NCBI RefSeq assembly: GCF_025526975.1
Contig: NW_026515685.1
Coordinates: 434,001-498,000 of the forward strand
Source: Fimicolochytrium jonesii
Taxonomy: Eukaryota
Length of the DNA: 64,000 nucleotides
Direction: 5' to 3'
The notes under the pieces are model-generated. The model made no database searches and was not told the DNA's origin. It saw only the letters and a list, made by a program, of their open reading frames with translations. Made by a program: the position numbers and the translations under genes. Position 1 is the first letter of the stretch. Every line of letters starts with the position of its first letter. Shown piece after piece: positions 10,940 through 24,204 of this stretch.

Positions 10940-12676
10940 TCATCCACCGCAACCAAACAACCGGGCAAAGAATGACTTTGCTGGCGGCTTCGTTTTGAGG
11001 GATGTGCGTGATGCTCGCGTTGGTGTCGTTGTGGAATCCTTTGACGGGGATTCTCGTCCGCTCTTTGATGGTGCGCTATCCGTCCCCCTTGTCTGCGGAT
11101 TTGTCACGTTTTGGGTGGTGTCCGACCGTTCTCCCTGTTCCCCATCCGACCCTCCTTGTTCAGCGGCTTCGTTATTCGACGCTTCTGAAGCGGGCGCCTT
11201 AGGTGACAACCCCACACCGCTGACATCCCCCTGGCTGGACCCGCCAGCCTTAGCTGCTGCGACAGCCGCGTTCAACACCGCTAACTGCTCTTCCTTGTTT
11301 CGCAGTAAGTCCGGTTTGGCCCCGACCAGCGCCCTCCGCCCAACTGCACCGCCGCCCAACGCACCCGCCTCCCCGCCATGGTGATGGTGCTCCCCATCGT
11401 GCGCATCTAGAGATGCTCGAAATTCCGCGGCGGCGTTGGCGGCTACCAGATACTGCTGCAGATCCGCATCGTTTTCCTCATTTTCCAGCCGTTGCAGCTC
11501 GTCGAGCATTCGCATAGAGATGTGGCCTTCGTACCACCCAGCTTTCTCAACGACGGCCAGCTTTTCAGCCACCTTGTCGAAATCTTCGATCTTGATGACG
11601 TGTTGGATCGGTTTTTCTTTAAAACTAGATGGGTTGGTGAATTTGTTTGGCGGCGGTAGGAGCGGTGTGACTCGGTCGCGTTGTTCTTCCATCATCGGAT
11701 TTGCTTCTGTCCCAACAGGCCCCTCGTTCATGACGTTGTTCGACTGGAACGGAGAGTGGGCCACACTGCCAGAGGTTAGGGGACTATGACTGCTTATTCC
11801 GCCACTTCCATGCGCTACTGTGCCGGCGTCTAGTCGCGCTCGCTCGAGCGGGTCTAATGGAGTGCCGAAGAGTAGGGACCGTTTGGCAGAAGCATGTGAG
11901 CTTATGCTTGCAGGGAGAACGTCTGATGAGCGGCGAGCTGTTCCAAAACTTGAGTATGGCGTTTCTAAGTGAGGGGTATTGATTTGCTGTGATCCGAACG
12001 CTTGCTGCTGTTGTGGCTGAAGTGATTGCAGTAATCGATTTTGTGGTTGTGGTTGCGCTGAGTATGGTTGCGATTGTTGATTCTGTCGTGGTGGTTGTGG
12101 CAATCTGCTTCGGTCGCCACCTAATAAATCCGTAGTTGAGGCCGCCATGGGTCGTGGTGACGGAAGCGCGGAGCCATTCGCCTGCAGCGGTCCACCAGCA
12201 TACGAACCTCCAGCTTCCGGCCACACACTCCCGGGCCCTGGCCCTGCACCGAACAATCCCTTCCCCGGTGCTCCAGCGAAGCCGCCCGTCACATTCACCT
12301 TACTGCTCCCCGGGCTCCCCGATTGTCCCTGCCCAGCGAAATACGAAGCTCTCCCCATGGCCGACGCTCCCGGAGACGACGGCGCCCCAAACCCATCGAC
12401 AAACGTCCCATTCTGCCGCGCTTCCACCCCAAACAGAGACCGTGATTTCGGCTCGGCTATCCCATGCATCGACCCCATCGGACTTCCCTGTCCGGCTCCA
12501 TCCATCGGAAACGGTGAGACGCGATTGTTTATTGCCCGCGGCATATGTGGTGACCCATGACCTGTTGGGTTCGCGTCGAAAAACGAGCTGACGGACCCGG
12601 GCCCTGGCCGGCCTTTTTGGGCAGGCGCTGTCAGTGGTGACTGCACTACGCCGGAGAGTAGTGCGGAGTGGCTCAT
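10940..12676 (-). CDS. Hypothetical G/S/P/Q-rich protein (578 aa) with a short helical core, ending FFARLFGCGG
   Basis: Long single ORF; no family recognised; upstream exons possible. Confidence 0.65.
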   Translation of the reverse strand: MSHSALLSGVVQSPLTAPAQKGRPGPGSVSSFFDANPTGHGSPHMPRAINNRVSPFPMDGAGQGSPMGSMHGIAEPKSRSLFGVEARQNGTFVDGFGAPSSPGASAMGRASYFAGQGQSGSPGSSKVNVTGGFAGAPGKGLFGAGPGPGSVWPEAGGSYAGGPLQANGSALPSPRPMAASTTDLLGGDRSRLPQPPRQNQQSQPYSAQPQPQNRLLQSLQPQQQQAFGSQQINTPHLETPYSSFGTARRSSDVLPASISSHASAKRSLLFGTPLDPLERARLDAGTVAHGSGGISSHSPLTSGSVAHSPFQSNNVMNEGPVGTEANPMMEEQRDRVTPLLPPPNKFTNPSSFKEKPIQHVIKIEDFDKVAEKLAVVEKAGWYEGHISMRMLDELQRLENEENDADLQQYLVAANAAAEFRASLDAHDGEHHHHGGEAGALGGGAVGRRALVGAKPDLLRNKEEQLAVLNAAVAAAKAGGSSQGDVSGVGLSPKAPASEASNNEAAEQGGSDGEQGERSDTTQNVTNPQTRGTDSAPSKSGRESPSKDSTTTPTRASRTSLKTKPPAKSFFARLFGCGG

Positions 12677-13529
12677 CCTCAGGGTGAGCTCGTTGGCGGT
12701 TTGTTAAGCTCGCGATATTTGTTTCTGGCCGACCGTTTACCAATGAAAGAAGTGTCTCCCGGTGGTGCAAGGAGGTTTCGAATATCTTCAACGTTTTACA
12801 GTTCAGGCGAACATATAGCGGCTATTCGACGAAATGGTATTCTGGTGTTCGTGCTTGCTGCTGGTACCGACGTTGGAAGTTCAAAAAGTCCAAGATGGGA
12901 TATATGGCTGACGGACATGCGGTGCAGTTAGGTTCTGGATATGTCAAAGTGTGGCTTGCAAGTTGAAAGCGCTGCCAAAAGGAAGCTTCCTTGGTTTTCG
13001 GGTTACGCTTATGAAGGTTGCGGTTTGTCTAATTGCTTTAAGCTTTTGCAGAGATGACGGAGAAGTCGGAGAAGGAAGACAAGCATGTGTTGTTGGACTT
13101 CCCCGCGTCTTACGCGTTTGTCATGGCCACTAAGTAATAAGCTTGGACAAACTGCCATGTTCGGTTTATCCACAGTCACTCTTCCGGCACAAACACCGTG
13201 TGCCAATGATAGCTTGGCTTTCGTTTCTTCCCTTCGTCAAGTTACTGCAACGCACAATGGTTCTGTTATTTTCCTTCATCATTCGTCGGCGAAACCTGTT
13301 TCCTTTCGACAACAAACCCCAAACTCCGACCAATCTGCGACGCAGAGCGATAATGGAAAAGCCAAAAATGCGATTATTATATCTAGCTACACTCAACCGT
13401 GGCACCATGTGCTCTTCTCTCCGCTCCGGCAGCTTCATATACACCTCTCACAGCTGTCACCTTTCCCCACAGGAAACGCTCAAACTCTACATACGCCCGG
13501 TGGCATCCACAGCCAGCAAAACTTCTTCC

Positions 13530-16500
13530 TCACTCCATTTCGTCAATCTCCATATCCATGCTCACGTCTCCGTCTCCCGGCGTACCCGGCGTTCTCGCGC
13601 TCGAAGCCGGCCCATGCCCGTGACGAGCAGACCGACGGAGGGTGGTGCGGCCATGCGACATCGCCGGTGTTCCGTTTGGCGGCGTTTCTGTCAGTCCGAC
13701 TGGGTCGTTGGGCGTGGAGTCAGAGTGTTGTTGATGGAGGGTTTGAGGTGTTGCATCGGCATTGGAAGGGAGTCCACGACGACTGATGGGTAACGAGCGA
13801 GGACCGCGATAGGATGGAGATGGGACCATGGAGGATGTTGAGGATGTTGAGGAGGCTATGGAGCTGACTTGCTGGTATGTGCTCGTCATCCAGGCGGGTT
13901 GTGGCAATAACGGCGTGGTATCAAATCCGTTTGGAAATCGTAGCAAGGCTTGCCGCTTCTCCTCGGCTGACATGAGAGAGGCAGGGGTATTCGGTTGGGC
14001 AAACACATTCGACGAGTTCCGCAGACTTTGATCTCCATCATGGAGGTCTGCCAGCTCGTCAGCGTCGTCAGGACCTGGATCCAGTATCTCCTCACTCATT
14101 GACAAGTCCTCTTCCGGAGGGTCTTGCAGATGCCGGTACTTTTCCATATCGGGCGGTAGGAAGAAGTCTTTCGACGTTGGTGGAAGTGCCGGCCACTTGC
14201 TTTCCGCTTCTCTTGTGAAGGCAGTAACAGCTTCTTGCAACAGATCTTTACAGATATCATCGTCGGGTTTGTATGAAAGCGCCTAGGTTGCAACAAACGC
14301 GGTTACGAAAGCCCATCGGAATAGCGTGCGTCAAGGTTTGGAACTCACTCGTTGATAATGTTCCGCAGCATCCTCCCATTTGCCTTCGTAGTGATCCAGA
14401 TACCCGAGAAGGATGTGCGCATCTGCGACGTTCCTATTCGTGTCTAGAATCATTCGGAGGTAGCGCCTCGCTTGGTCGATGTTGCTGATCGCAAATGAGG
14501 CATGTCAACGTCTGTGCAGCTTCCCTTAGGCCGTATGCCAGGTCTGCTTACCCAGCTTTCCGATGCGCCTGCGCCAAATTATACCACGTCGTTGCCCATT
14601 GTGCATTTGCATAGTCGGCTTCTTCCGCCAGTTTCAGAGCACGTTCAAAGTACTCGATCGCCTGTGTATAGCTGGAGAGACAAAAGGGAACTCGTCAGGT
14701 GGCCGTTCATATGATGCCCAGTAATTTTTAGTATTATTTTCGCCACTTACTTGATTTTGCCGCTTTCTGGCATAGATTCGGCAAACTTGAGATGGAGAAC
14801 GCCCAACTCATTCATGAGAATCGGGTCTGTCTTGTTGATGGATTCGGCAAGCAGCAGGTACTCCCGTGCGAGGTCAAAATTCTGTAGGTTGATGTAATGC
14901 ATTCCAAGATACATCAGCGGAAGATGCATTCTTCAAGAACAATGTGTGAGCCAGCAATACTCAATGACATGCAACGGGCGACAGTTTGAGAACCCACCCG
15001 TTGAATAGTTTCGCAGCAGTGGCATACGCCGAAATCGCTTGATCTGTTTCGCCCTCTGCAGCGAAGGAGTGGGCGAATCCCAACCACCCGGGTCCAAAAC
15101 TGCCGTTCATTTGTGTGGCTTTGCTGTTGAATGGGATGTTTGGGATGTTTGCATGAGCATGGAACGAATCTTATTCTGTCTATGACTGACGGTAGCTCAC
15201 CTGAAGTACTTCCGCGCCTCCAGATTCTTCTTGATCATTAAATAATACGTTCCAACAGCGAACCACGTCGACGCCCGCTCCGGAAAGTTGTCCACTAGCC
15301 AATGTGCGAAGTAGAACAGGTCGTTTGTGTAGCCGAGCTCCATCATGGCTGAGATGTGTACAGGCACAACTTGGGCATTGTGAGGGTCCTGTTTCACGAT
15401 ACTGAGAGGGTAGGAGTAGGTCAGCCTGTGCCATGTGGCGGCTTGAAAGCGCGGCGAGGCACGTACGCGGAGGTCAACTCGTAGCATTGAGCGTATTTGC
15501 ATCGCTCGAACATGGCGTCCGCGCGACGTTGTAGCATATCATGGTTGCCCTTCAGCTTATACGTGGTTTCCAGTTGTACCACCTTGTGCTCATCGTACTA
15601 TAAATGAGCCCAGTGTTAACCAACGCCGGACAGAGTTCTCCAGCTGAGAGCGAAACGCGGAATCATACCACTCTGGTGTTGCTTTGGTAGAGGAGCGCCA
15701 TGAATGATGCATCTTCTCCGCATTGAGAAAAATCGATTGTCCGGACGAAAGCTTTCTCTATCAATGTATAAGGATTAGTTTCGTCACAGGTAAAAGCGGG
15801 CCGAGGCGACGAACCTTCTTCCAAGTCCAATGCATGGTTTTCAGCCAGCCATTTGAAAGCCTTTACGCGATGTGGCGACAACATCTCATCAGTTCATCTA
15901 ATCGGCAAAGCATGGAGGAACGCAGGAAGCCAAGGATACCTCCATAGAACGCGGATCTGCAAGAACCGCTTTCTTCATGCAGTCTTTCGCCCGGGTCATC
16001 TGTCCTATCTGGCTCTGCACAATTCCCGCCAAGTACCACATGGGACCTGCAAACTGACGCACGGGCATGAGATCCGATAAACATCAACGGACACACGAGA
16101 CACCTTCTTACCTGTTTGTCTTCGTCACCGGAGACTGCTGAATCTACGTTGTACGTTGAGAGTAAGCATGCTAGTGCATACTTCATGGTCCCTTCCCTTG
16201 GCTGCTCACCCCGGTCATAGGTATCGGGCCTTAGAAGGTCCTCCGCCTCGTCCCACTTGCCGAGCTTCGTCTGATGTACCCGGACTTGTGAGTATACAGT
16301 CAATGCGCACGGTAAGCACACCCTCGTGTGCCCACTTACCGCACAAAGGGCGGCCATGTATCTGCAGCGGATGCTGGCGTCCAAAATGTCTTTTCGTGAT
16401 GATAGCAGTGATTCTGTGCGGCCGTACTCTTGCGTTGCGAAATAGATCTTTGCTTGCCGGTAGTAATCGTCGGCTTCGCCTAAGTGTGGACGGATCGATG

Positions 16501-16931
16501 AGCAAAGGTTCCACAGAATCCAGCCAAACGTCCATGTTGTTCCTACCTCCAATAGTCAGTATCTTATCACCCCAATAAGCGGCCGTTGGCCACAAGCTTT
16601 GTTCCCAAGCTGTATTCCGCCAAGATCGCAACCGATCCAGAAACGGTGTTGCAGTAGAAGTAGCATTGATTTGAGTGGTTGGAGCTGCTGCTGCTGCTGC
16701 CGTCGTCTTTGATTTCGAAGTAGCGGCCGCTGCCCCCGCCGCCTTTTTCGTAACCGTTGCGCCAGGCATTGCATTCGAGTTGGTGTTCTCAGACTTGTTC
16801 CCCCGGGCTGCATGCGGTCGCAATCCTGCAGAAATTGTCGAACCAGTTGTTCCCGCAGCCGCCCGGCTACGGGTCCCGGGCACTCTCCGCGTGGGTATCC
16901 TCCCCGTCCCGCTGGTCCCCTGGGATGTCAT
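13530..16931 (-). CDS. CDC16: Anaphase-promoting complex TPR subunit Cdc16/Cut9/APC6; multi-exon
   Basis: LRSWRNTAWEQSLWPTAAYWGDKI, LFYFAHWLVDNFPERASTWFAVGTYY, HLPLMYLGMHY...DPILMNELGV TPR blocks. Confidence 0.92.
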
Positions 16932-17488
16932 GACTGCCCCGTTCGTCGTTCGGTATCGGAGGCCGGTGTCGGTCTTCGTGGCCGTTTTGTGACGATAAAA
17001 GTATGCCGAATGACTGTTCCGCAATGTCAACCAAAAAAGTGATGTGATAGCTGCTTGCCTATCGGCGGTGAGGTGGACCCCGACGACCGTTTCGTCCGTT
17101 TGACGTTGATGGGCAAGTCGAGGACGATCTCCTGCCCCCCCACTTCTCCCCACTTTTCCAAAGGCGACGCGTTGGCGCGTGAGGGTTCAAACGGGGTAAT
17201 CCTCAAGCCGAGACGGTTCAAACGGGGTAACCGGCCAGATTCGACCAAGCGTACGATGTTACATATATTAAGTCAAACGAATTCCGTGAATCTCTTGTCA
17301 AACTTTCACTCTGTGTATGGGTTGGCGAATAGGAAAACAAAGGTGGACCGTCCTACGGCTCTTCATCGATTCCCCTGCAGACAGAAGGAATGGATATTTT
17401 CCAACCCTCGTCAAGTCTCCCTCTGGCTACATGGTGTTAGCGGTAATCCTTCAGACTCCACATAGCGTCTAATGGAATGCTCATGAGT

Positions 17489-18532
17489 CTAAGCGACCAT
17501 CACATTCGAGCTAGCAAAGCGCTCCATCTCTTTCTCCAAGACTTGTAATTGTGCTTCGAGGTCTCCTTTCCTAGGTAGATGGACAAATTTAGTAAACCTC
17601 ACATTGAGAGCCGTCCATTCCGCCTACTGACCTCCTCATCCGCGATGGTGTGTCACTTGCAATGGGCAGCCGACGGTACGCATCCGATAATCGTTCCCAT
17701 TGCACTTTCAAATCAGCCAGTATGTCGATCCGCTCTGCATTGGATAAGAGCCTTGCGGTAGATCCCGAAGACGGTATGCCTGCCTCCTGGATGCACTCGG
17801 CAATTTCAGACTCCGCTGCCGCGGGGATCTCCACCGCTGGTTCGGCGTGGATCTCCAATGGTGTCTCAACGATCAAAATGTTCTGGGTTTCTCCAGACTT
17901 TCGTCGAGGTGGGGCCGGCGCTTTGCTTGATGACGGTTTGGTCCTTGGCGAGACGTAGCGAGATGGTACTTTTGCCTCTGATGGATCGTGAGCAGTCATT
18001 AGTAACGCGATACCATCCTCCCTTGCTGAGCATCCCACTTACTCGCAAAGATCCCACTCCCAGCCGATCTGGACTTTGTGCCTAGCGTCGCTTCTGCGGA
18101 CGTCGCTTTCTTCGGCTGCGTCCGTGGAACTGTGCCCGTTCTCACACCGCCCCTCGTCACATATAGACCTGTTCCGGTAGCGGGGACATTCTTTGGAACA
18201 ACCAATGGCGGTGTTGAATCGGTTGCTAGCCGTTTGAACGCTTTTCAGGGGGACAAAGGGAAAAGCAGCCGTCAGCAATGTCTTTCCAATGCGGGATGCA
18301 ATCCAAGCGGAATGTATCCCTCACATTTGTTCAGGCTATCCATTGACTTGTTCTTCGCCTCGGACTTCACGCGCGAGGCGTGCCTGCTAGAATATCTCTC
18401 CGGCTTCTCATCTGGGTACACGAGACTGTACACACTCTCGTCGCTTGATTTCGCAGGGATTCGGCTCTGAGACTGGCCGAGGGTTACGATGATTGGATGA
18501 GCCTCTTTCGGCCGGGTGCTGGCGGGAAGCAT
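17489..18532 (-). CDS. ENKUR: Enkurin (ciliary microtubule inner protein); multi-exon, start uncertain
   Basis: N-terminal ESVYSLVYPDEKPERYSSRH and C-terminal LSNAERIDILADLKVQWERLSDAYRRLPIASDTPSRMRR/KGDLEAQLQVLEKEMERF fit the enkurin domain. Confidence 0.8.
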
Positions 18533-19056
18533 CTTTGAGGATATCGAAGTGTGCAGCCTATCGTTTGCTGGTGAGAGTTGGCGAGCGCAGGAAGTGCGTG
18601 CTGCAAGTTGGCGACGCGTCTCAAAACGTCACGCGCAATCAATGCTCCAAAGTTCGAACTTCGAAGGCGCTTGCTCCGTGAACATCCTCGGCTAGATCTC
18701 CGCCCAAACCACTTACCCGAGAAGACTACCATGACTACTACGAAAAAGGTGATAGTGCGGATATACGCGGTCCACCGTCCTGTGGCTTGCTTGAGCAAAA
18801 ATTCACGCCATGGTCCTCAATAGAGCTCTTCCAAGAAGCCCACCGGCTCGGACGCGTTCCTCGACTCCCAATCGTCAAAAATAAGCAAAGATGCTGCCAA
18901 ATCAAGTCGGCCAACGACGTCAAGCAGAGGGTCTAGAGCTAAGGACTCGTGAGTGGAGGCTGCCTTTCTTGAACTGCTTGAAAGCAGTCTAATGACCCCT
19001 GGAATAGGAGTGAACCTGGGCTCAAGAACCTCCGTGGGAGTTCAACCCATTTGGCC

Positions 19057-22000
19057 ATGGCATCGTCCCGCGAGTCCTTAGGAGTAGCACGAGCGTCCTC
19101 GAGAAGCGATGTGTCGAGCAAAACCAAGGCCCAATCCCAACGTAATCCGGAACCCCGGCCGAATCGCGACGCGAAACCAGCCATTATTGCAAAACCGACG
19201 TCGAGCGGTGGATCGGCATCGCGTGGAGATGTACCGGAGCCTGCGAAGGTGCAGCGGCGGAAGGAGTCGAAGATGGAGGTTCCTGTGCGGGCGGAGGATT
19301 CGGAGGAAGATGATGTCCCGGCTTACAAAGGTACTGCTTTGCATCACTTAGATCTGAAGTGCAACACCATTGACCAGTCACTCTCCCATCCCGTAGAGAC
19401 TATCCGCGATAAACCACCCGTAGCCGCCGAACAAGTAGCAGACGATGCATACGACGCCTACGAGGAGGAGTTTGAGGTATGTGGAATGTGATCGTTGTTT
19501 GGCTTTCAATATCGCATCCGCTTAACATCTTGTTGATGCCCAGACTGATTCTCCTCCTCAAAGGACTATGACGAAGACTTCGAGGATTTCGAGGATGTTC
19601 AGCAAGAGGAGGAGCAGCCGGAGCCTGATGATTCCGAGGAGGAGGAGATTGAGCTTCTTCCTCGAAGGACGGACGTTGGAAGGGATGATGGGGAGAATGA
19701 GGATGAGGAAACCGACGAGGAAAGAGAATCGCCTCAGCCTCGGGAATACCCTCCGGTGCAAGTAGCTACGGCTGACGGACATATGAACGAGGTATGGACA
19801 TGCTTCACAACTTGAAGCAAGGCAAGACCAGTAAGACGGACGCCCCAACAGGTCCAGAAGGCACTGGAGGAGGAAAACGAGCGAGCCTCTTCGCGACAAG
19901 CGAAACGGGCCCAGGAGATGAAGGAGCAGGGTTAGTGGGGTTTCGTTCGCCCATATCCCACATATTGGGGACTCAGATTGGCCTTTGCTGCAGAAACAAA
20001 GAAGGAACGGGTGTCTTCAGCGCTGCCACAGAGGACTATTGTGGGTCTTGCAGCTGCAACGAAGAAAGCCCAGGAACAACGAAAGTTGACCGATTCGGAA
20101 AAGCGGCAGAATCAGCGCGCTAAGGTAAATCGAAAGCTAGAAACATGACTATGCGATGAGGAATGCAGGCTGAACAACGCTCATCCAGGACCTGAGCAAG
20201 CTCATAACCTTGGACGTGTGTTCGTACGAACTGCTGAACTTACAACCGCTGAACGAATACGAGCTTTATATCCGGAATTATGGAACGTCGAATACCGTGC
20301 AGGTATGCAAGAAACAGAGCTCCTCGCTCCAACATCGCTCATTCTGACCCCAATCTCGTTCTGTAGGCCAGCACACAAAGCAACGAAGACCAAGGCTCAC
20401 AAGAAACCCAGACCGACCTTTGGGAAACCGACAGCAAGTGGGTGCAGGCACCACCGGACGATTTCCAGGGATCGGGCAGTGGGAACCCGCTCGAGCAGTT
20501 GCAAGTCAGCACGAAGAGTGTGATTAGGGCGAGTCAGACGGCGAAGATTGATTCGTTGCGGTTGGCGTCGTTTTTGAAGAGGGCTGCTCAGGTGAGGGGT
20601 GCACATGCTTTGGTCACGTCTTGCCGTGGTAGCATCGCCTGATTGCATTACCTTTATGTAGGTCATGGATACGCTATTGGAGGAAAATGCCGCGAGCGGC
20701 GGGTTGCCCCACACTTTCACCTCTGCTACTAGCGTGAACATCAGCCAAGGCTGTACCGCTTTGAAACCCCTGCCATACCTACGAGGTGCGCTCAAATATC
20801 GGCCGTATCTCCCATGACCACTCTCTAACCCCGCTCCCTGCCACCCAGGCCGCACAATCAAATCCATCACCTACTCCCCTACCGACGCCCGCACCATCCT
20901 CGTAGCCTACTCCCTCAGCACCACAGACCGCACCCCACTAGGCCAAGACGGCCTCCTCTGCGTCTGGCGCGTCAGCGACCTCACAAGCCCCTACCGCATC
21001 CTCGTCTGCGAGAGCGAACCCACCACCTGCTGTTTCGCACCCTCCAAACCCGCCCTCGTCTTCGCGGGCACCAATAGCGGCACCGTCTGCGCGTGGGATT
21101 TGCAGGAAGCGGCGTCGACGCATCGGATGGTCGGGGTTGGGGAGGGTGAACAGCGGAAGGAGATATGTGTGCAGGCGCCGAGTTATAGCACCGATGGGAT
21201 ATATACGTTGAAAGGATATCATGAGGCGCCGATTAGGACGTTGACGCCGTTGCCGATGAGGCGGGATACGGGTACGGGGGCCGGGGTGGGACGGTTTGCG
21301 ATTGAGCAGGGGTCGTTTCAGGTGGCTTCGTTGGATGAGGGGGGGTTGATACATTTTTGGGTGAGTTCGGAGGATTGGTGGGGTTTGGTGAGCGGTACAA
21401 TCTTGCTAACGTTGATGGGTTGGGATTCAGACCGTGCTGGAACTCCTCGATGAGTCGTTTGCAGAAGCTGAGCCTGATTATGGCATGAGGATAGGCAGCA
21501 GGATCAAGCTTATCAAGGGGCCATCGTTCAACGTCCAGTCTCGGGACAGGTATGCTCTTCCATTCAGTCCCAATAAACTTTCACAGCACCTCAATACTTA
21601 ATTCCCCGACATGACCCCGCAGATCAAACCCCTCAAAAGAGATCAGAGTAACAACCTCCCACTTCCTCATCCCCGACGTCGACAAATTCCTCGTCGGCAC
21701 CGACACCGGCCTCATCCTCCACCAATCCCGGTTCCGCCACCGCTGCCACCCGCGCGCGTTCTCCCTCACTTCCCAGACACCCATCGACGCAATAACGTCC
21801 CTCTCCTGCTCTCCCCACAATCCCAACCTCTTCCTTGCCGGCTATACCTCCGGCACCATCGCCCTCTTCAAACTCACGGACTCATCCCCGCTCGTCACCT
21901 GGGACGCCTCCCCGGACCCCATCGTGTCAGTGCAATGGTCCCCACAACGCCCCGCAGTCTTCTTCGTCCTGGACGAAACAGGCAAACTGAGCGTATGGGA

Positions 22001-22382
22001 TCTCAGCGAAAGCGAAGCTGACCCGGCCTTCGTGGTCCGGTCGGGGAGCGTAGGTGCAAGTACAAGTAGCCAACGAACGACGGGACCGATCGTCACCTTC
22101 GCGCTGTGTCCCGCCTACACCGCTGTGATATCCGACGGGACGACGTCGGCATCGCAGGTGAAATTGGCCCAGCCGAGTAGGAATGTTACGCTGATGCTTG
22201 GGTATGCGGATAGCACGTGTGAGATTCATTTGTTGGATGAGGGGTTGGTTGAGGCTGCTGTTGATGAGGGGAGTGTGTTGGGGAGTTACGTGGATGGCGG
22301 GGTTGGGGGGAAAGGGAGAGTAGGGGGTGGGGAGGAGGACGAGGAGGGTCATGGGGGGTTTCGGATGGATACTGAAGAGTGA
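19057..22382 (+). CDS. WDR60: Dynein-2 (IFT dynein) intermediate chain WDR60/DYNC2I1/FAP163; multi-exon
   Basis: YEEEFE/DYDEDFEDFE acidic motif, VQKALEEENE, LQPLNEYELYIRNYG...ASTQSNED, then WD40 repeats (VSVQWSPQRPAVFFVLDETGKLSVWDL). Confidence 0.85.
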
Positions 22383-22662
22383 GAAGACGACAGAGCGGGG
22401 GCGTAGATGTGATATGCAAATAATAATAGCCATGATATTATGGATCGCAGCGTCGACACGAAGATGATATCCTGCGCATAATGAGAGGGATTGACGCCAG
22501 CATGGCCAGCGGCTAGATGATATAAATATGTTGCTGCATGCCCGGCTGCCCTCTAAATGCTTAGGCTGCCCGACAAGATCCTAAATCTGAACTGCGTAAT
22601 GGAGAACTATCTGCTATGTACAAAGACGGGATGGCGGAGATTGTGTGGGTGGGTGTTGACTA

Positions 22663-23917
22663 CTACTTCTTGGACCTGCCCTTGGTCTTCTTCTTTTTCC
22701 CGTCGTCAAAGTCGACAACCTTCAATCCTCCCTTTTGGTGGACGTGTTTCACGGCCTGTGGAAGTAAGAGTGAGACATCCCTCACGTATGAACTGCCGAT
22801 CGGAAGCTTCCCAAAACATACCTTTGTCACATTGATCACCTTCCCATCCTCACCCTTCAGCACCTTCTTAACAACATTCATAACACCCTCCTTCTCCTTA
22901 CTCGCATCCCCCGGCGTCAGCTCATCGAACTTTCTCTTCCCCCGCTTCACCTTAACCGCGTCCTCGTTCCTGAGCGACTTGTCGAACCGGCCCATGGACG
23001 CCGTGGCACCCTTTGACTCAAGGATCTTCTTTGTGACCTCGGCTTTGCGCACCTCGCGCGGATTCTTGCCTGCGGAGACGGCTGCGTGCTCTTCGGCGTT
23101 ACGGCGCTGTTGCTGTTTGTTTTTGTTGACCCGCTCGGTTTTCTCTTCGCGGGCTTTTTCGTATTGGTCTTCCATTGGGTCTGGGGAAGAAAACCAGGGT
23201 GTGAGTAAATGCCTTACCGGTTGACACGGAAAGACTGTCATCGTCCGATCAATAATATTCATCCGACATAGGCGTTTCCGGCCGTTCGTCGTCACAAATG
23301 TTGACGGTCCCTCCCAACTCACCAGCATTATGAGGAACCTCCTTAATCCAATCATCCTCCGCCGTATTCGTGCCCTTGTATCCCCACCTCGCCTTATACT
23401 CTCCCGACGCCTCATCATAATTCATCTTCTTCCTCGTCGTCTTCTGGATCCCCTTCGCCTTGGCGAACTTCTCCCATCGGGTCATAGGCTTGTCCTTCGG
23501 GATTGGTTTTGCTCGTGGCAAGATGGTCGTTCCTGGTGGTAATTTCGCAGTCACACTATCGAGACTCGTTTCGGTTGGCAGAGAGAAAATTTGGTTAAGG
23601 AGGAGCTGGGTTCCGTCCCGGGCGACATCTTTTAGGTAAGCTTCGGGCTGCTTTTTGAGTTGGGCGGCGTCGATGGGGTTTGTGTCGTAGGCGACGAGGT
23701 TGCCGAGGTCAAAGTCCAAGGGAATGAGCTTCTCTACCTCCACGGACTTGCTATTGTGGTGAGGAAGCGTTAGTGGTGCTCGAATGCGCAACGGTTGGAA
23801 GGACAAGCCTTCCCCGTCCACACCAAGCGAAGGGAGAGAGTATAGAGCCAGAGGCATACACACTCCGGACACTTACTATTTTGCCTTGAGGGCCTGGAGC
23901 TGGTCTGCGACGTCCAT
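22663..23917 (-). CDS. RRS1: Ribosome biogenesis regulatory protein Rrs1; multi-exon
   Basis: FDLGNLVAYDTNP, ARDGTQLLLNQIF, LPRAKPIPKDKPMTRWEKFAKAKGI, ATASMGRFDK. Confidence 0.93.
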
Positions 23918-24204
23918 TGTGTTGGTTCTGCAGGTGAATTCTATAAACTGGGGGTTTGCAACTTTCTCCAGGCACAAGAGACACGAAAGAAGCCAGTCGC
24001 TGCTTACGTGAGCATGCATTTATTGTCAGTCACGTGCGCGCTCGAATTCAATTCTGGGAATCGGAATTTTCGCCCCTCCTCACTAATCGTTGTTCCGCCT
24101 GTTGAGTTGGAAATTGCAACGCAATCCTTTGCACATAACTTATTGCTCAGCACCCACTCCATTCCACTCCCTCACACACCCCTGCATATCCCTCGCAACT
24201 CGCA

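Noticed and set aside
21210..21220. ATATCCTTT on the minus strand resembling a U12 donor (also GTATCCTT at about 31095)
   Set aside because: The first is antisense within a WDR60 exon and the second is not at any exon boundary I can support
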